Shown: one piece after another, positions 13,740 through 26,480 of the stretch
Layout: the number at the start of each line of letters is the position of its first letter
Position numbering within the stretch: position 1 is the first letter of the stretch
DNA from: the human T2T-CHM13v2.0 reference genome, Homo sapiens
Strand: one strand, 5' to 3'
DNA: 64,000 nucleotides
Assembly: GCF_009914755.1 (NCBI RefSeq)
Contig: NC_060927.1
The notes under the pieces: generated by a model
Database searches by the model: none
Seen by the model: only the letters and a program-made list of their open reading frames with translations
What the model was told of the DNA's origin: nothing
Made by a program: the position numbers and the translations under genes

Positions 13740-13960
13740 GACTGATTTACTCATTAATTACCTATTCATTCCTACACTATAGCAGATGCTATTCTAGGTA
13801 CTAGAGAGTGATGAACAAAAGAGATGTAGACTCTGTATCAGAGAATTTATAATCGTGTAAATGTTATAAAGATAGTGAAACAAAAAATGACTCATAATAA
13901 AATAAAATAGGAGTGATGACAGAGGAGAAAAATTTAACTTATTTTGAATGAAAGTGTGTT
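13740..13960 (-). mobile_element. L2 3' remnant
   Basis: CTATTCATTCCTACACTATAGCAGATGCTATTCTAGGTACTAGAGA pattern. Confidence 0.5.
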
Positions 13961-16199
13961 TGCATAAGGTAAGGTACATATGTATATTGGAATTAACTCA
14001 GTCCAGGAAGTGGCCGATTTTAGAGAACATAGTTGTCAGTTTAATCTCCTGATATTGCAGTTAGCGTATTATCTGATTGTGGCTATTAGCTTGCAAACAG
14101 CTGTTGTTTAGCCAAAGCAGAAGCCATATAGGGTTTGCAAGGTTGAAGACAGACCTGTTACCACTTCTAGTAAGAGACTTTCAAATATATGGCCTACTGA
14201 TGGCTTGGTAGTAATTTCAGCAAAAAAGACAAGTCCTGTTTTCCTCCCTTATTATTCTCCTATAGATTCAGCACTATCTGTTCGCAGTCTTTGTATCAAG
14301 GCTGTTCTATTTACATTCCATGCAAAAGATGTTTGTTTTCTTTTCATGGTGGTGATGGCTAATGGCTCCCTCCATTGTGGCAATACCTTCCAGTGTCATT
14401 CCCTATCCTTCTGCTCCTTTCTCTGCCTCCTACTCCCATGTAGAGTTTCTCCAAGAGCAGACTTACTTGATTACCTCAGAAAGCCAACTCCTGTAATGTC
14501 ACAGAGGCATAGTACTCTATGAAACTAAGACGATCTAAGACACATGGGAGGGAAATATGACTGGAAACTATATTTGCTGGTTGCTACTAAGAGCCTCACT
14601 CAGTTTCCAGTGTCTTTCTGGTGGTTTTACAGCTTTTTTTTGGTAACTTACGATTGTCTTCTCTAGTACCCTTCCCAACAAAAGAAATGTAGGATATTCT
14701 AATTATTTTGCACTCATTAAAATGGACATTCATTTTGCTGAAATATAGCTTATTCTATATATGTTTATAATGAATTATCTTGTATAATTTTTTTATCTTG
14801 ACCTATTTTTGTATGTGTAATGTCATTCTTTTATGGGACTGTGCATTCTCTTTAGCATTCTAATTCCCATTCTAGGGAACAAATTACAGCACCTTTGTGT
14901 TTTAATCATCAATTATCCTACTCAAGTGTTTTAAGCACCCTGCAAACAATATCTGGTATGTGCCTTGCCTAGTTTAATTATTGAAGCACTTTTGAAAGCA
15001 CCAGGATTTCATTAGTGATCAATATAAATTGGGCCAGTGTTCAACCAATTTGTGTTCATTATTAAAGCCTTCGGTTCCAACGATAACTTGGAGACAGAGA
15101 ACTGATGAAGCTGGTTAGACAATTGCCTAATGAGGCAAGCAGACTCTGCCTCTGACCTTAACCAGCCTCTGGGCTCTGAAAACTTTAAATGGTCCCAGTG
15201 ACAGATATCACACTAGAAACCAGCCATTGTCCATCTAATCACTACCTCTAGCTGAGCTGAGAGGCATAAAATAACACAAATGAATTGAATGAAAGACAGA
15301 ATCTATCATGCTACAGGTAATTGTGTTTATCAAGCATTAATATCTGAGACTCAATCCTAGGGCTCTAATCCATCTCATAAAACAAAGTCCAGAGACAGGA
15401 GCAATCCTCGGCAAAGAAGCCATTCGTAGAAAGTAAAATTTGTGGGATCCAAAAATAATTGACATAAAATTCCAGCAAAACAGACTGACATTCCAAAAGC
15501 ACTTTAAAATTACAAGGGATTGAGGACACAGATCTTTTAGCAGAAGGTACAGATTAACCGGGTCTTCGACACATGCACAGGATGTAGGTGACGTGTACAA
15601 CTGGAGTTAAATGGCAGTTGAGACAGGTAGGCTTTTTCTAGTTGGAGAGCTCTCAGGGAACCGGTGACCACTTTGGTCTGGTACAGATGAGAGATATAGA
15701 AATTATATCAGGTGGGAAGTAGACACCTGGCCAGGGAGAAATGCAGGGACATAATTAATCCCATTTCTGCTGAGGGTGACAACCTGATTAGTGCCCTTAA
15801 TTAAGGTCAGGCTTTGAGTATCTTTATAAATTCTTGCTATGGGAGCTTTGTGCCAAATATATCCATGTATATGTATAGATAGTTACATTATTTTTCCCTA
15901 CATCAATTTCATGATCTCTAAAATGAACTGAGAGAGATCTGATTTGAAATAGTATTCTTACCTGTTCTCAAAATCTGAAAGTCCAGGAGTCCATGGGGAA
16001 ATAAGATAGAGTTTTTATTACATATTGAGGTATCATAACTCTTCCTCAACATGGAAACAAAGAGCTTGCATTATGTCAGGTTTGAGCTTGTTAGAGACAT
16101 CATTTCAGCAGGCTTTTCGGATTCTGTGTTGGTTGCTACTGAAGTAAATTTGCACAGTACTGTTAGCCTTTGGGGTCTTTCTTACTCAACCACTATAGT

Positions 16200-16545
16200 T
16201 GTTGCAGAATTTTGTGCCTTAGTTCAGCTAAAACCTGGTTCTTGTCACACGACCAGGAAAATTTGGACACGTTGAAGGGTGAGTAGAGCAGGATTTTATT
16301 AGGCAAAAAGGGAAAAAACCTCACAGATTAAATCCCAGGCCACCACACAGAAACTGAAGAGACCAGGCTCCTCTTGCCTGCCCATGGCTCCACCCTGTTC
16401 CCCCAGTGCACATGTGGGCATGCTCCAGCAAGGCCCTGGGCAGCTTCCCTCATCTGTGCCAAAGCCTCTGATGTAAACACTTATGGAGCAGGTCGGAGGT
16501 TCTCCAGGGTTCCCTTTTTATCTGCTTAGGCATTCGGCTATCTCG
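16200..16545 (-). mobile_element. ERV1-class solo LTR (MER48/MER61-like)
   Basis: TGTTGCAGAA...TTAGTTCAGCTAAAACCTGGTTCTTGTCACACGACCAGG. 4-bp TSD TAGT at 16196-16199 and 16546-16549. Confidence 0.8.
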
Positions 16546-18638
16546 TAGTTAAGATTGAGTAGATCTGGGCAAGAAAACAGGGGAAGAAATGGATATAAAT
16601 ATGTGCCTTTCATCTTCATTAATTTGAAGCCTCAAGTTTGTATAAGTATGTTTCCCCAAGGGCCTTAACATCAGATGTTATGTAAGTAGGATTTTGATTA
16701 TTCAGAAAATAAACTTACCAAGTTAAACACAGCGATATTACCTTGATTTGGAAAAAAATCATTTAGCAATGGAATTCAATTTTATACCCCGGTACCTAAT
16801 ACATGATTCCACAGGGAATCATGCTTGATTCTGTTAGAAATACTAATCTGGATGTAAGCACTTGCCTTCAAGGAGCTTTAAACTAGTGGAATGTAAAAAA
16901 ATGCACTAGAAGATAATGTAGACTGTGAGGGAAAAAAATGTTATGTGATAGAGATGAGTTTCAGTTAGCAAGATTGGGCAGATTTTAAGAAAGAGGGGGT
17001 ATTTGACTGAATCTTGAAGCAAGGATAGATAGAACTTCAACTGATGAGTAATAAAGGCTCAAAGGGGAATAGCATTTGTTTCATTAATGTGCTCCTAGAG
17101 CTCAGCTTGCATAACTCATTTTTTATAAGACTAAGTTTATGCTTAAAAACTCACCGATGTCATCAAAAATCTAATAGGAATATGAACATTTTCTGCTAGT
17201 GGTTTTGGTCTCTATGTTAGTTCTATACTTTTTTTTTTTTTTTGATAAGAAGTATGGATGGTGGGAAACCAACTGCTTTGATGGAAATTCAAGCAACAGA
17301 CAGATCCCCTGTCAGCTCCACACAAAGATATCCTGATGAAGTTCTCCTGACTTCTAGGAGGGAATGTTTCGGAAGTGCACATGAGGGAGAGGAATCCTGC
17401 TGTCAGCTGACTTTTTCCTTTGCTTACTGTATTTGTTTTGTTTTGTTTTGTTTTTAAAACAGGCTTGGACATACATTTTCAATTCGAAAACTCCCTTCTG
17501 AGATCCAAAAGTAAACATGTTTACAGATTATGCAAAAGTTTGAGTTTAGTTTCAGAATTTTTCTCTCAAAGGCTCTAGCACAAAAAAAATGGGGGATGTC
17601 CAAATTCTGGAATTTGAAACAAATAACAGGACAGATTGCAAGCTGGCAGCTGGCAGGGAGAAGTCCATTATTTCCCAGCTCCATTCCTTTGACTTCAGCC
17701 TAGGGAAAGGTTACCCTAACCTTGCCTCACCTTATTACCCATTCTATTTTTAAGCATTTCTCATTTACTGAAAAATATTTACCACATACTTCTAGTGGAT
17801 CTAATCATTAGATTCTTAGGTGGACGCTTCTCAATCAATGAAGGACAGAACCTATCGAGCTTCCTGACCTCTTTAGTTCCTAAAACGCGGCATTCTGTTT
17901 TCTCTTTTTACTACTAATAAAGGCAGTTAACATTCACTGGTGGGCCACAGTGAAAACTTCAGATAGTTTTCTGAAGGTTTACTACTTTCTATTTAGTTTT
18001 GTTCTTTTTTTTTCCCTAAAAATTAGTGGGTTCCCCAGTTTGTGTATTGTAATTCCCTTTTTTTGAGTCTTGTTTTTCCTCTTCTTCTGTGATTTCTACT
18101 CATTCCCGAAACTCTGCATAGTAATCATGACCAAATGATTTCTGAATTCATATATCAAATCCCCCAAAGGCTTAATATCATCTCAGAATGTCAGCCAAGC
18201 TCAGATTTCCAAAAGTTTTATATTATTACATTGGCTTGAATCATAGACTTGTGTCCTTCTGTAGTCAGCACCCATTCCTTCACCTTTAGGCATAGCTCCA
18301 GTTCTGAGAGACCTATCCTTGCCTCTACTGACAACAGCCTGGTAGGGATATCAGTAAATGTAGCCAGACATGTATATTGCCACATGGCTGCTGCATGGCC
18401 CTGATTAGGCCATCTTGATCTGATTGAAACAAAGATTAGAAATAGTAGAAGTTGATTCATTCCAAATACTTGATGGGACAGCACATCAAATCCCACAGCT
18501 CAGACCCCTGGAGCTGCTCTGGTCTGTGTGTTTTCTAAGCATACCTTTCAAACCCTCCCTCTGTTTCTACAAAACCCTGTGTATTTTTCAAAGGAATCTC
18601 TTTTTATGCTAGGAAGAGGTGGTCTCTATTGTCTGCAA

Positions 18639-18639
<1 letters not shown>

Positions 18640-18672
<33 letters not shown>
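18640..18672 (+). repeat. (CA)n microsatellite
   Basis: Direct reading, ~16 units. Confidence 0.95.
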
Positions 18673-18675
<3 letters not shown>

Positions 18676-19129
18676 TATTCTCAACAAGTAGTTTCTACAA
18701 TGTTGATAGGCACATTGTTAGAGATGGAGTTAAAAAATCAATTCCTGAGTCCTAAATATAGGCAACTTTTATTTCAATGAGGACATAATACATCCATACC
18801 AGAGATCATTATAATACCATGTATTGGTACCAGGACCTAGAGGATATATTGAGGCATCTTCCTAAAACTTCAACCTAAGTTGCTATCTGAGATTTAAAAC
18901 CAAAACTTAAGGGACAAGACATAAGCCGCCTCATATAATAAATACAGGACAACTTCTTTGCCATCAGGACATAACTGAAAACTAAAACACATATTTGTCA
19001 AAAGGTGTGTTGGTAAATGTTGGAAGAATAGATTTGTAAAAGTGAAGTTTGGAAGTTTTCATAAAAGAATTAATTAGTAGAGAGGGGAGTACCTTGACCA
19101 ATGAGCTTCCTATATCAGAGGAAGGCAGA

Positions 19130-19340
19130 TGAGACACAATAATCTGAAGTCTAATGCAGTTTGTTCAAATCCTGGATAACTTGCTTAACCTGTCTAGGTG
19201 TCAGTTTCCTTAGTTATAATTTGAGGATAATAACAGTATAAATTATTATTAGTTTATTGTGTTGATTATATGAAATAATCCATTTCCTATAGTTTTTACT
19301 GCACATGGGTTAATATAAAATATTATCAACTTTTTTACTA
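19130..19340 (+). mobile_element. MIR
   Basis: GTTCAAATCCTGG...TTGCTTAACCTGTCTAGGTGTCAGTTTCCTTAGTTATAATTTGAGGATAATAACAG. Confidence 0.75.
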
Positions 19341-19577
19341 TTATTATTGAGTTGGCAAAGTTATTCCTATTATGGGAAAAGATTATCAGACATTTTAGCC
19401 CAGTGCCTTACAAAATTTGGATCTTATCATTCTTTTAGTTCTGATCCTGGGCTCATGAAGCAACCTTCTGTTGCTAACTGGCATCCTACATAGGCCTGCC
19501 TTGAGGGAAGAATTGCTCTGCTAAGGCCAATTAGTTTCTAAGGAAACTCTATTTTAATACATAAACCAATAATTTGA

Positions 19578-21286
19578 TTTTTTTTTAAACTTTATAGATC
19601 AGATTTATTTGGAGAAAACAAAACACCGACAACCCAAAGGATGGGATTTTACGTCAAGACATCTCCCAGGTAATAAGTCTACAGATTAAATCATTTTCAT
19701 GGAAGATATTTTTGTACAAATTTTACATGTATTCAGGAGCCGGACATTAATCAATCCCTGTTTCTATTTTAAAAGGGAGGACAAAGTAGGGGAGGGGGAA
19801 AACAGTTTTGGATATAACTATTTGGAAGGAGAGTAGACATGAAGAGGGCAAACCCTAGCTTTTCATTATCTACAACCAATGTTTTTTTTCTTTTAAAAAA
19901 AAATAAAACAAAAACTTTTCAATCTTCAACACTCTTTAAAAGCCCACTTCTTAGCTACTGGCCAATCCACAGCAATTATTTAATTCACTTGGTACACACC
20001 TTTGTCCTCTGGGTAAATTATATTCATTATGCCCACTGCTGCAGCACGCATAAACCAACACCCCTGCATGGCTGAACAGGGCCTAATCTAGGACTGATGG
20101 GAGAAGGGCTTGCAAACCAAGATCAAGGTGTCGTTTCTCTGCTAATACTGTCTACAAAGCTGATCCCTACAAAAATGCACATAAAAGCAGGCAAGTTTAT
20201 CTACTGTGTTGCAAGGGAAACCAGGACTTTGTTAAATAGTTCTCTCCATTACCATTTGTTCTCTCAAGGGAAGCTTAAAAAAAAAATAAAGAAAAACAGC
20301 ACATTGGTCTGCCCCCCTCATGAATCCAACAAGCATTGGTGTGGCATTTCAGTGGAGAAGGAAACTTGGGGGGAAAAAGCCCATCAAGGTTGTAAGAAGA
20401 CTCCCAATTTAACTGTCCCTTTCCCTATTTATCCACCATCCAAGACCATCCATTATTCTAGAGCACTCTGATCTATAAAAGGGGTCAAAGCATCAGGAGC
20501 AGGCAAGGAGTGAGAACCAAAAGACATCAAGAAACCGATTTGCTTGAGAAAAGCAGCGATTCTTCCTTTCATAGCTCTCCATGGCTGAGAGAGAAAATGC
20601 CCGAGACATCATGTATGTGACTTAGAGACTGCTTTTCGGGAGGTTAAAAGTAGCATGAAGAGCTTAAGATGACGATAAGAGTCTAAATTTTTAGTTTCAA
20701 GGTTTCAGTAGAATGTGGATATATTCAAACTTTCAAAAAGGACAGTGTTTAGAAAGGGTAAAACTAGGACACAGAAAACATTGGGAATTACCACGACCTC
20801 CAAGTGCTTCCGGCTCCAGGAAATAACCATTCATGTGTTTGCTGGAGGTCACATAATTTTCCCCTATTACCTGGTGCAGAATGACTCATCACTTCCCAAA
20901 AGCTTCTTTTCAGTCCACAATTTTCCCATTTATTTTGGTGCAATGCAGTCCCATTCTTTATGGCCTACCGTCTCACTCCCAACTACCCTCCTGGGAGTAA
21001 AAAAAAAAAAGGAATTCCCCCTAGGCTGGCCCCCAAAACTCAGAATTAAATAAGAGGAGGGGCTGGCAGCCTCCTGGAGACTAAAACAACTTGAGGCTAA
21101 ATCTACCTTTCCAAGGGTGGAAAATTTATTCAGATAATGTTTGAGAATTCATATATGCCACCATAGGATAAAAACTAAAAGGTAGAAATCTCACACTTTT
21201 CCTTCTACCTCCCTCCCATACTGCCCAACCAGGTTCCAGGCGTTATATCACTGTCATTACCACTTCTGCTAAATGGAGACCTCTAG
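19578..21286 (-). pseudogene. Processed retrocopy of the EIF4B mRNA 3'UTR only (5'-truncated, no CDS)
   Basis: The minus strand reads GGTCTCCATTTAGCAGAAGTGGTAATGACAGTGATATAACGCCTGGAACCTGGTTGGGCAG...CTCCAAATAAATCTGATCTATAAAGTTT-poly(A), which I recognise as EIF4B 3'UTR. AATAAA at 19609-19604 and an A9 tail at 19586-19578. Probable TSD TAATTTGATTTT (19570-19581) / TAGTTTGCTTTT (21284-21295). Confidence 0.85.
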
Positions 21287-21399
21287 TTTGCTTTTATAAA
21301 TCAAACTTGTGATTTTGGCAAATGAATGCCAGCCTTTTCATCCAGCTCCTAGAGGTAGGACATCCTATGGTAGACACAAACCCTGGGGCCTTGTGGAAG

Positions 21400-22400
21400 C
21401 GTTTAAATGGCTGAAGCATCAAGGAAGCCTTCTGAGAAATGTTTAAGAGTTAACCAGGTCAAGGAGATAATGAAGTTCTCACTGCCAAGGTAGTATAGGG
21501 CAAACAAAAAGCTTAAGGTGTCAAGATATATAAACAGAATGGGGATGGGGGTGGTGTCATGTGAGGGGACTACAAGTACTTCAGGGTTGCTAAAATAAGA
21601 GTTAAAGGCAGATACTTGTAGGAGACTGGGCAAAAAGTCTGGCTGGGTCAGTATTTAATTGTATGCCCCCCCAAAAAAAATTAATAAGCTGAAATCCTAA
21701 ATCCAAGGACCTCAGAGTGTGACCTTCCTTGGAGATAGAGTCTTTACTGAGATAATTAAGTTAATGTGAAGTCATTAGAATTGGTTCAAATTCAATATGA
21801 CTGATGTCCTTATAAAAAGGGGAAATTTGGGCACAGACATGTATAGAGGCAGGGTGATTTGAAGACACACGGGGACAGATGACCATCTTTCTTCCAGGCT
21901 AAGCAAAGGGACCTGGAATAGATCCTTTCCTCATAGTCCCCAGAAGGAATCAACCCTTTCAATACATTGATTTTGGGCTTTTCACTTCCATAATTGTGAG
22001 TTAACACATTTCTGTTGTCTAAGCCACTAAATCCATGAAACTTTGTTATGGCAACCCAGGGGACTAATTCAGCCAGATTTTAAACCTCTGTATGTATCTG
22101 CTAATGAGCTTATACCTTCTTTGCATGATAGGAAAGCATTGAAGTGTGTGTGTGTTTTTTTAATGTGTGATATGAGAGGACTTGGTGTTTGTATGCATTA
22201 GTGTGTGTGTATGTTTATAGATCATTATGATATCCCTGTGGAAGATGGATTCCTGGAGACTAAATATTCAAGTCAAGGACATCAGTTAGAAAATTATTAT
22301 GTTAATCCAAGTGAGTTATTACTATGTGCACTAAGGGTAAGAAAACTTTAATATCAGAAGGACTCAGGAATTGTTTACAAAGGTAGTGGAATGACATTCA
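21400..22400 (-). mobile_element. L2 remnant interrupted by an MLT1B
   Basis: ATCAAGGAAGCCTTCTGAGAAATG and GATCATTATGATATCCCTGTGGAAGATGGATT...ATCAGTTAGAAAATTATT. Confidence 0.5.
21650..22070 (+). mobile_element. MLT1B-like MaLR LTR
   Basis: AATCCTAAATCCAAGGACCTCAGAGTGTGACCTT...CTTTGTTATGGCAACCCAGGGGACTAATTCA. Confidence 0.85.
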
Positions 22401-22520
22401 GATGGGCTAGAATTGGAGCCACACTCTCGGGATGTGTGTTATCCTCTGCCACCTGCTAGCTGCGTGACCTTGAGCAAGGTACTTAACCTTCTTGATCTTG
22501 ATCTCATTTCTTTACAGTTT
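22400..22520 (+). mobile_element. MIR
   Basis: TCTGCCACCTGCTAGCTGCGTGACCTTGAGCAAGGTACTTAACCT is the MIR core. Confidence 0.8.
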
Positions 22521-22644
22521 GTCTGTCCACTGAAGCCAACAAAGTTTCCAAATCATAAACCTGATTGTCATTTCATTTTCTCTTCTTAAAAATAAAATAG
22601 TCCCATGGCGCCTGCTCTTAAGGGGCTCACAAGTGGGACAAGAT

Positions 22645-23983
22645 TTCCTTCCTTCCTTCCTTCCTTCCTTCTTTCCTTCCTTCCTTCCTTCTTTCCTTCC
22701 TTCCTTCCTTCTTTCCTTCCTTCCTTCCTTCTTTCCTTCCTTCCTTCCTTCTTTCCTTCTTTCCTTCCTTCCTTCTTTCCTTCCTTCCTTCCTTCTTTCC
22801 TTCCTTCCTTCCTTCCTTCTTTCCTTCCTTCCTTCCTTCCTTCTTTCCTTCCTTCCTTCTTTCCTTCCTTCCTTCCGTCCTTCCTTCCTTCTTTCCGTCC
22901 TTCCTTCCTTCTTTCCTTCCTTCCTTCCTTCCTTCTTTCCTTCCTTCCTTCCTTCCTTCTTTCCTTCCTTCCTTCCTTCTTTCCTTCCTTCCTTCCTTCT
23001 TTCCTTCCTTCCTTCCTTCTTTCCTTCCTTCCTTCCTTCTTTCCTTCTTTCCTTCCTTCCTTCTTTCCTTCCTTCCTTCCTTCCTTCTTTCCTTCCTTCC
23101 TTCCTTCCTTCTTTCCTTCCTTCCTTCCTTCCTTCTTTCCTTCCTTCCTTCCTTCTTTCCTTCCTTCCTTCTTTCCTTCTTTCCTTCCTTCCTTCCTTCC
23201 TTCCTTCTTTCCTTCCTTCCTTCCTTCCTTCTTTCCTTCCTTCCTTCCTTCTTTCCTTCCTTCCTTCCTTCTTTCCTTCCTTCCTTCCTTCTTTCCTTCC
23301 TTCCTTCCTTCCTTCTTTCCTTCCTTCCTTCCTTCCTTCTTTCCTTCCTTCCTTCCTTCTTTCCTTCCTTCCTTCCTTCTTTCCTTCCTTCCTTCCTTCT
23401 TTCCTTCCTTCTTTCCTTCCTTCCTTCCGTCCTTCCTTCCTTCTTTCCTTCCTTCCTTCCTTCCTTCTTTCCTTCCTTCCTTCCTTCCTTCCTTCTTTCC
23501 TTCCTTCCTTCCTTCTTTCCTTCCTTCCTTCCTTCTTTCCTTCCTTCCTTCCTTCTTTCCTTCCTTCCTTCCTTCTTTCCTTCCTTCTTTTCTTCCTTCC
23601 TTCCGTCCTTCCTTCCTTCTTTCCTTCCTTCCTTCCTTCCTTCCTTCTTTCCTTCCTTCCTTCCTTCTTTCCTTCCTTCCTTCCTTCTTTCCTTCCTTCC
23701 TTCCTTCTTTCCTTCCTTCCTTCCTTCTTTCCTTCCTTCCTTCTTTCCTTCTTTCCTTCCTTCCTTCTTTCCTTCCTTCCTTCCTTCTTTCCTTCCTTCC
23801 TTCCTTCCTTCTTTCCTTCCTTCCTTCCTTCTTTCCTTCCTTCCTTCCTTCCTTCCTTCCTTCTTTCCTTCCTTCCTTCCTTCCTTCCTTCCTTCCTTCC
23901 TTCCTTCCTTCCTTCTTTCCTTCCTTCCTTCCTTCCTTCCTTCCTTCCTTCTTTCCTTCCTTCCTTCCTTTTCTTCCTTCTTT
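22645..23983. repeat. ~1.34 kb (TTCC)n/(TTCT) polypyrimidine microsatellite; (GGAA)n on the minus strand
   Basis: Direct reading. Only four purines on the + strand (G at 22877, 22897, 23429, 23605). Confidence 0.99.
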
Positions 23984-24039
23984 ACACCCCATTTTTCTTT
24001 AATTAAAGTATCTAAGGCTCAAAACCCCAGCCCAATTTT

Positions 24040-24460
24040 ATTCTCATCCCTGACATGAGTTTCCAATCACGATAGATACTAATTTAAAAGCACCTTTCTT
24101 GAGTCCTTTTCCTTTACTTTACCATCCATCTGTATGATCAGTCTGTCTTTAGTCACTCCTGGCTTCCAATGAGTGATTTCCTCTATACAATAATGTTCAA
24201 CAGCTTTTCAGTATCTGTTGCATTAAATGCAGAATCTCTTTTTTAGCATTCTAGATCATTCATCATTCTAAAACACCTTTCAACTTTATCTCCCATTCTT
24301 CCCCTTTGTATTCCATCTGCATTGATCAAATGAGATTATCTCATCACTGCCTGATTTTACGCAGTCCCCTCTCAATTCATGCACTTCTTCTCCATTCTTT
24401 CCTATAGAAATTCTACCCATTCAACAGGGTCCTTCCTAAATGCCATTTCCAAACTAAAAT
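24040..24460 (+). mobile_element. L2 remnant
   Basis: TTCTACCCATTCAACAGGGTCCTTCCTAAATGCCATTTCC and GCATTCTAGATCATTCATCATTCT are L2-like. Confidence 0.5.
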
Positions 24461-24593
24461 GTTCTCTGCATTAGGGTACTTTCTCAGTGGTGTGTAGTAA
24501 ACATTTACTCAGACTTGAATGAGGGAAATGAATTTACTGGCTTAAATAATTGGAGAGTCTGAAAGTTATTTTCAGTTTTCTCTAAGTGGTGTG

Positions 24594-25008
24594 TGTCTTA
24601 GTTTCCTGTTGCTTATAACAGAATACCTAAAAGTGGGTACTTTATACAGAAAATAAATTTATTTCTTGAAGTTATGAAGGACAAGAAGTCTAAGGTCAAG
24701 GATCCTCATCCGGTGAGGACCTTCTTACTGGTGGGGACTGTCTGCAGAATCCCGAGAAAGCACAGGACCTCACATGAGAAAGGATGGAGCATGCTAGCTC
24801 AGGTCTCTCTTCCTCTTCGTATAAAGCTACCAGTTCCACTTTCATGATAACTCATTAACTCATTAATCAGTGAATGGATTAGTCCATTCATGAATGCAGA
24901 CCCCTCATGACCTAATTACCTCTTAAAGGCCTCACCTCTCAATACTGCAATATTGAGAATTAAGTTTCAACATGAATTTTGGAGAGGAAAAATATGCAAA
25001 CCATAGCA
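24594..25008 (-). mobile_element. MSTC-like MaLR LTR nested in an older MLT1 remnant (~24470-25300)
   Basis: TGTCTTAGTTT...GCTTATAACAGAATACCT...CAAACCATAGCA. TSD GTGTG / GTGGG. Confidence 0.8.
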
Positions 25009-25449
25009 GTGGGGAAAATGGCTCCCTTTCCCCATCTCTCCATGCAGCAGCTCTAGGCTACAATTTATAAGTGTAGAAGAGGAGTGAAACTATTATTTTT
25101 ATTGTTCAGAAAAGAAAGGAAGGAAGGAAGGAAAGAAGGAAGGAAGGGAGGGAGGGAGGGAGGCAGAGGGAGGGAAAGAAATAAATTCCAATTGGCTCTA
25201 CTTGTGACAGATGATCACCTGGGCCAATTACTTTTCCAAGAGATTTGGAAAGTCTGATTGGATAGCTTGGATAATGTTGAGAGTGGCATGGCTTTTGATT
25301 GACAGCCCAGACAGGAACAGATGAAGTGACAAAGAGGCATTTATAAAACAATATGTAGAAAAGATAGGAGTGGTTTGGAATCTGGTGCTGCTTAGTCAAT
25401 GGTAGAAGTAGAGACAGTGGTCTGAACACTGCCATAGAAACATGTGCTA

Positions 25450-25895
25450 GAACGTTTATTGGCTAATTATATTTCTTATCGCTGTGTGCATGCCCCTGTA
25501 TAGTGTGACTTTACCATATCTCAGTTAAGAGGCATTTCACTCCCTTGATCCTGGGCTGGATTTGTGATTTGCTTTGAACCATACAATCTATCAGAAGAGA
25601 CAAGGTATGCAATCCAGAGCTAGGTCCCCAGAGGCCTTGGAGATTTTGTTTTTGATGCCTTAGGACACTGCCCTGACATTACCATCCCAATGAGTAATGA
25701 AGACAGATAGCCACTGTCCCAGCAGTTCCAGTTGAGCCTAGTCCCCAAGCAACCCACCTTCTGAATGCAGCACAGGTGAGCCCAGCAAAAGAATCACTCA
25801 GCCAAACCACAGAATCATGAGAAATGATGACTAGTTATTATTTTAGGACACTAAGTGTGGGGTGGTTTGTAACATAGCCCTAGAAAACTGATGAA
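25450..25895 (+). mobile_element. MLT1G/H-like MaLR LTR
   Basis: CCCTTGATCCTGGGCTGGATTTGTGATTTGCTTTG...CACAGAATCATGAGAAAT...GGTGGTTTGTAACATAGC. Confidence 0.7.
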
Positions 25896-25959
25896 GAACA
25901 GGACCAGGCTTGCACTCCCAGGAGAGCACGAAGAAAAGTTCTCAAAACCGATCAGTATT

Positions 25960-26480
25960 ACTAGTGTGTTTTGGAAATAAACCCAATGAGAAAAAACATA
26001 GGCTATTTATTGAGAGTTTGTTATAGCAAGAAAGTCAGCCACCATCACTTGTGTTTGGGCAGAGACTCAAAGTCAGGCAGAGGAGTAGAAAAGCCTTAGA
26101 GTGGATAAAAAAGGAAGGCTTCAGCTGTGCCTTGGTGACAGGGTATTGGCAGGAGGAAGCTGGAGGTGAGCTGACTAGATACAGGGTCCCCATGTGATTG
26201 ATTGGGGGGCATATTTATCTATCTTTGTTTGGCTCTAAGTTGGAAGTGGGGTAAAAATTAGAGAAGCTGTCAATTAAATTGTGGCCTTTTTGAGCCAGTT
26301 GTGGCAAGGCTTGTTGTTTGGCTTCCTGGACTGGTTGCTGAAGAAAGTGGTCCGACTTGTGGCCTGGTTACTGTAACTAGCAGGTTAGGTGCCTGTGCTG
26401 TTGTTGCAGACTATGAGTCAGAGTTCTATTTTTATAGGCACTCTAATTATTGTCCATTTGTCTATTCCGTTTCTTAATAT
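25960..26480. mobile_element. ERV-derived fragment (family not determined)
   Basis: ATAGCAAGAAAGTCAGCCACCATCACTTG...GGCAGAGACTCAAAGTCAGGCAGAGGAG is a familiar ERV-class repeat motif. Confidence 0.55.

Noticed and set aside
19839-21053. 78-124 aa ORFs on + within the retrocopy
   Set aside because: They are antisense to a 3'UTR-derived sequence, with no recognisable domains.
22586-24006. Three 457-468 aa ORFs (KEGR- and PSFL-repeat proteins)
   Set aside because: They are translations of the (TTCC)n tract, which cannot contain stop codons. No coding evidence.
25109-25160. Short GA-rich run in inverted orientation to the large TTCC tract
   Set aside because: Only ~50 bp of low-complexity sequence; such runs are common and pairing with the tract is speculative.
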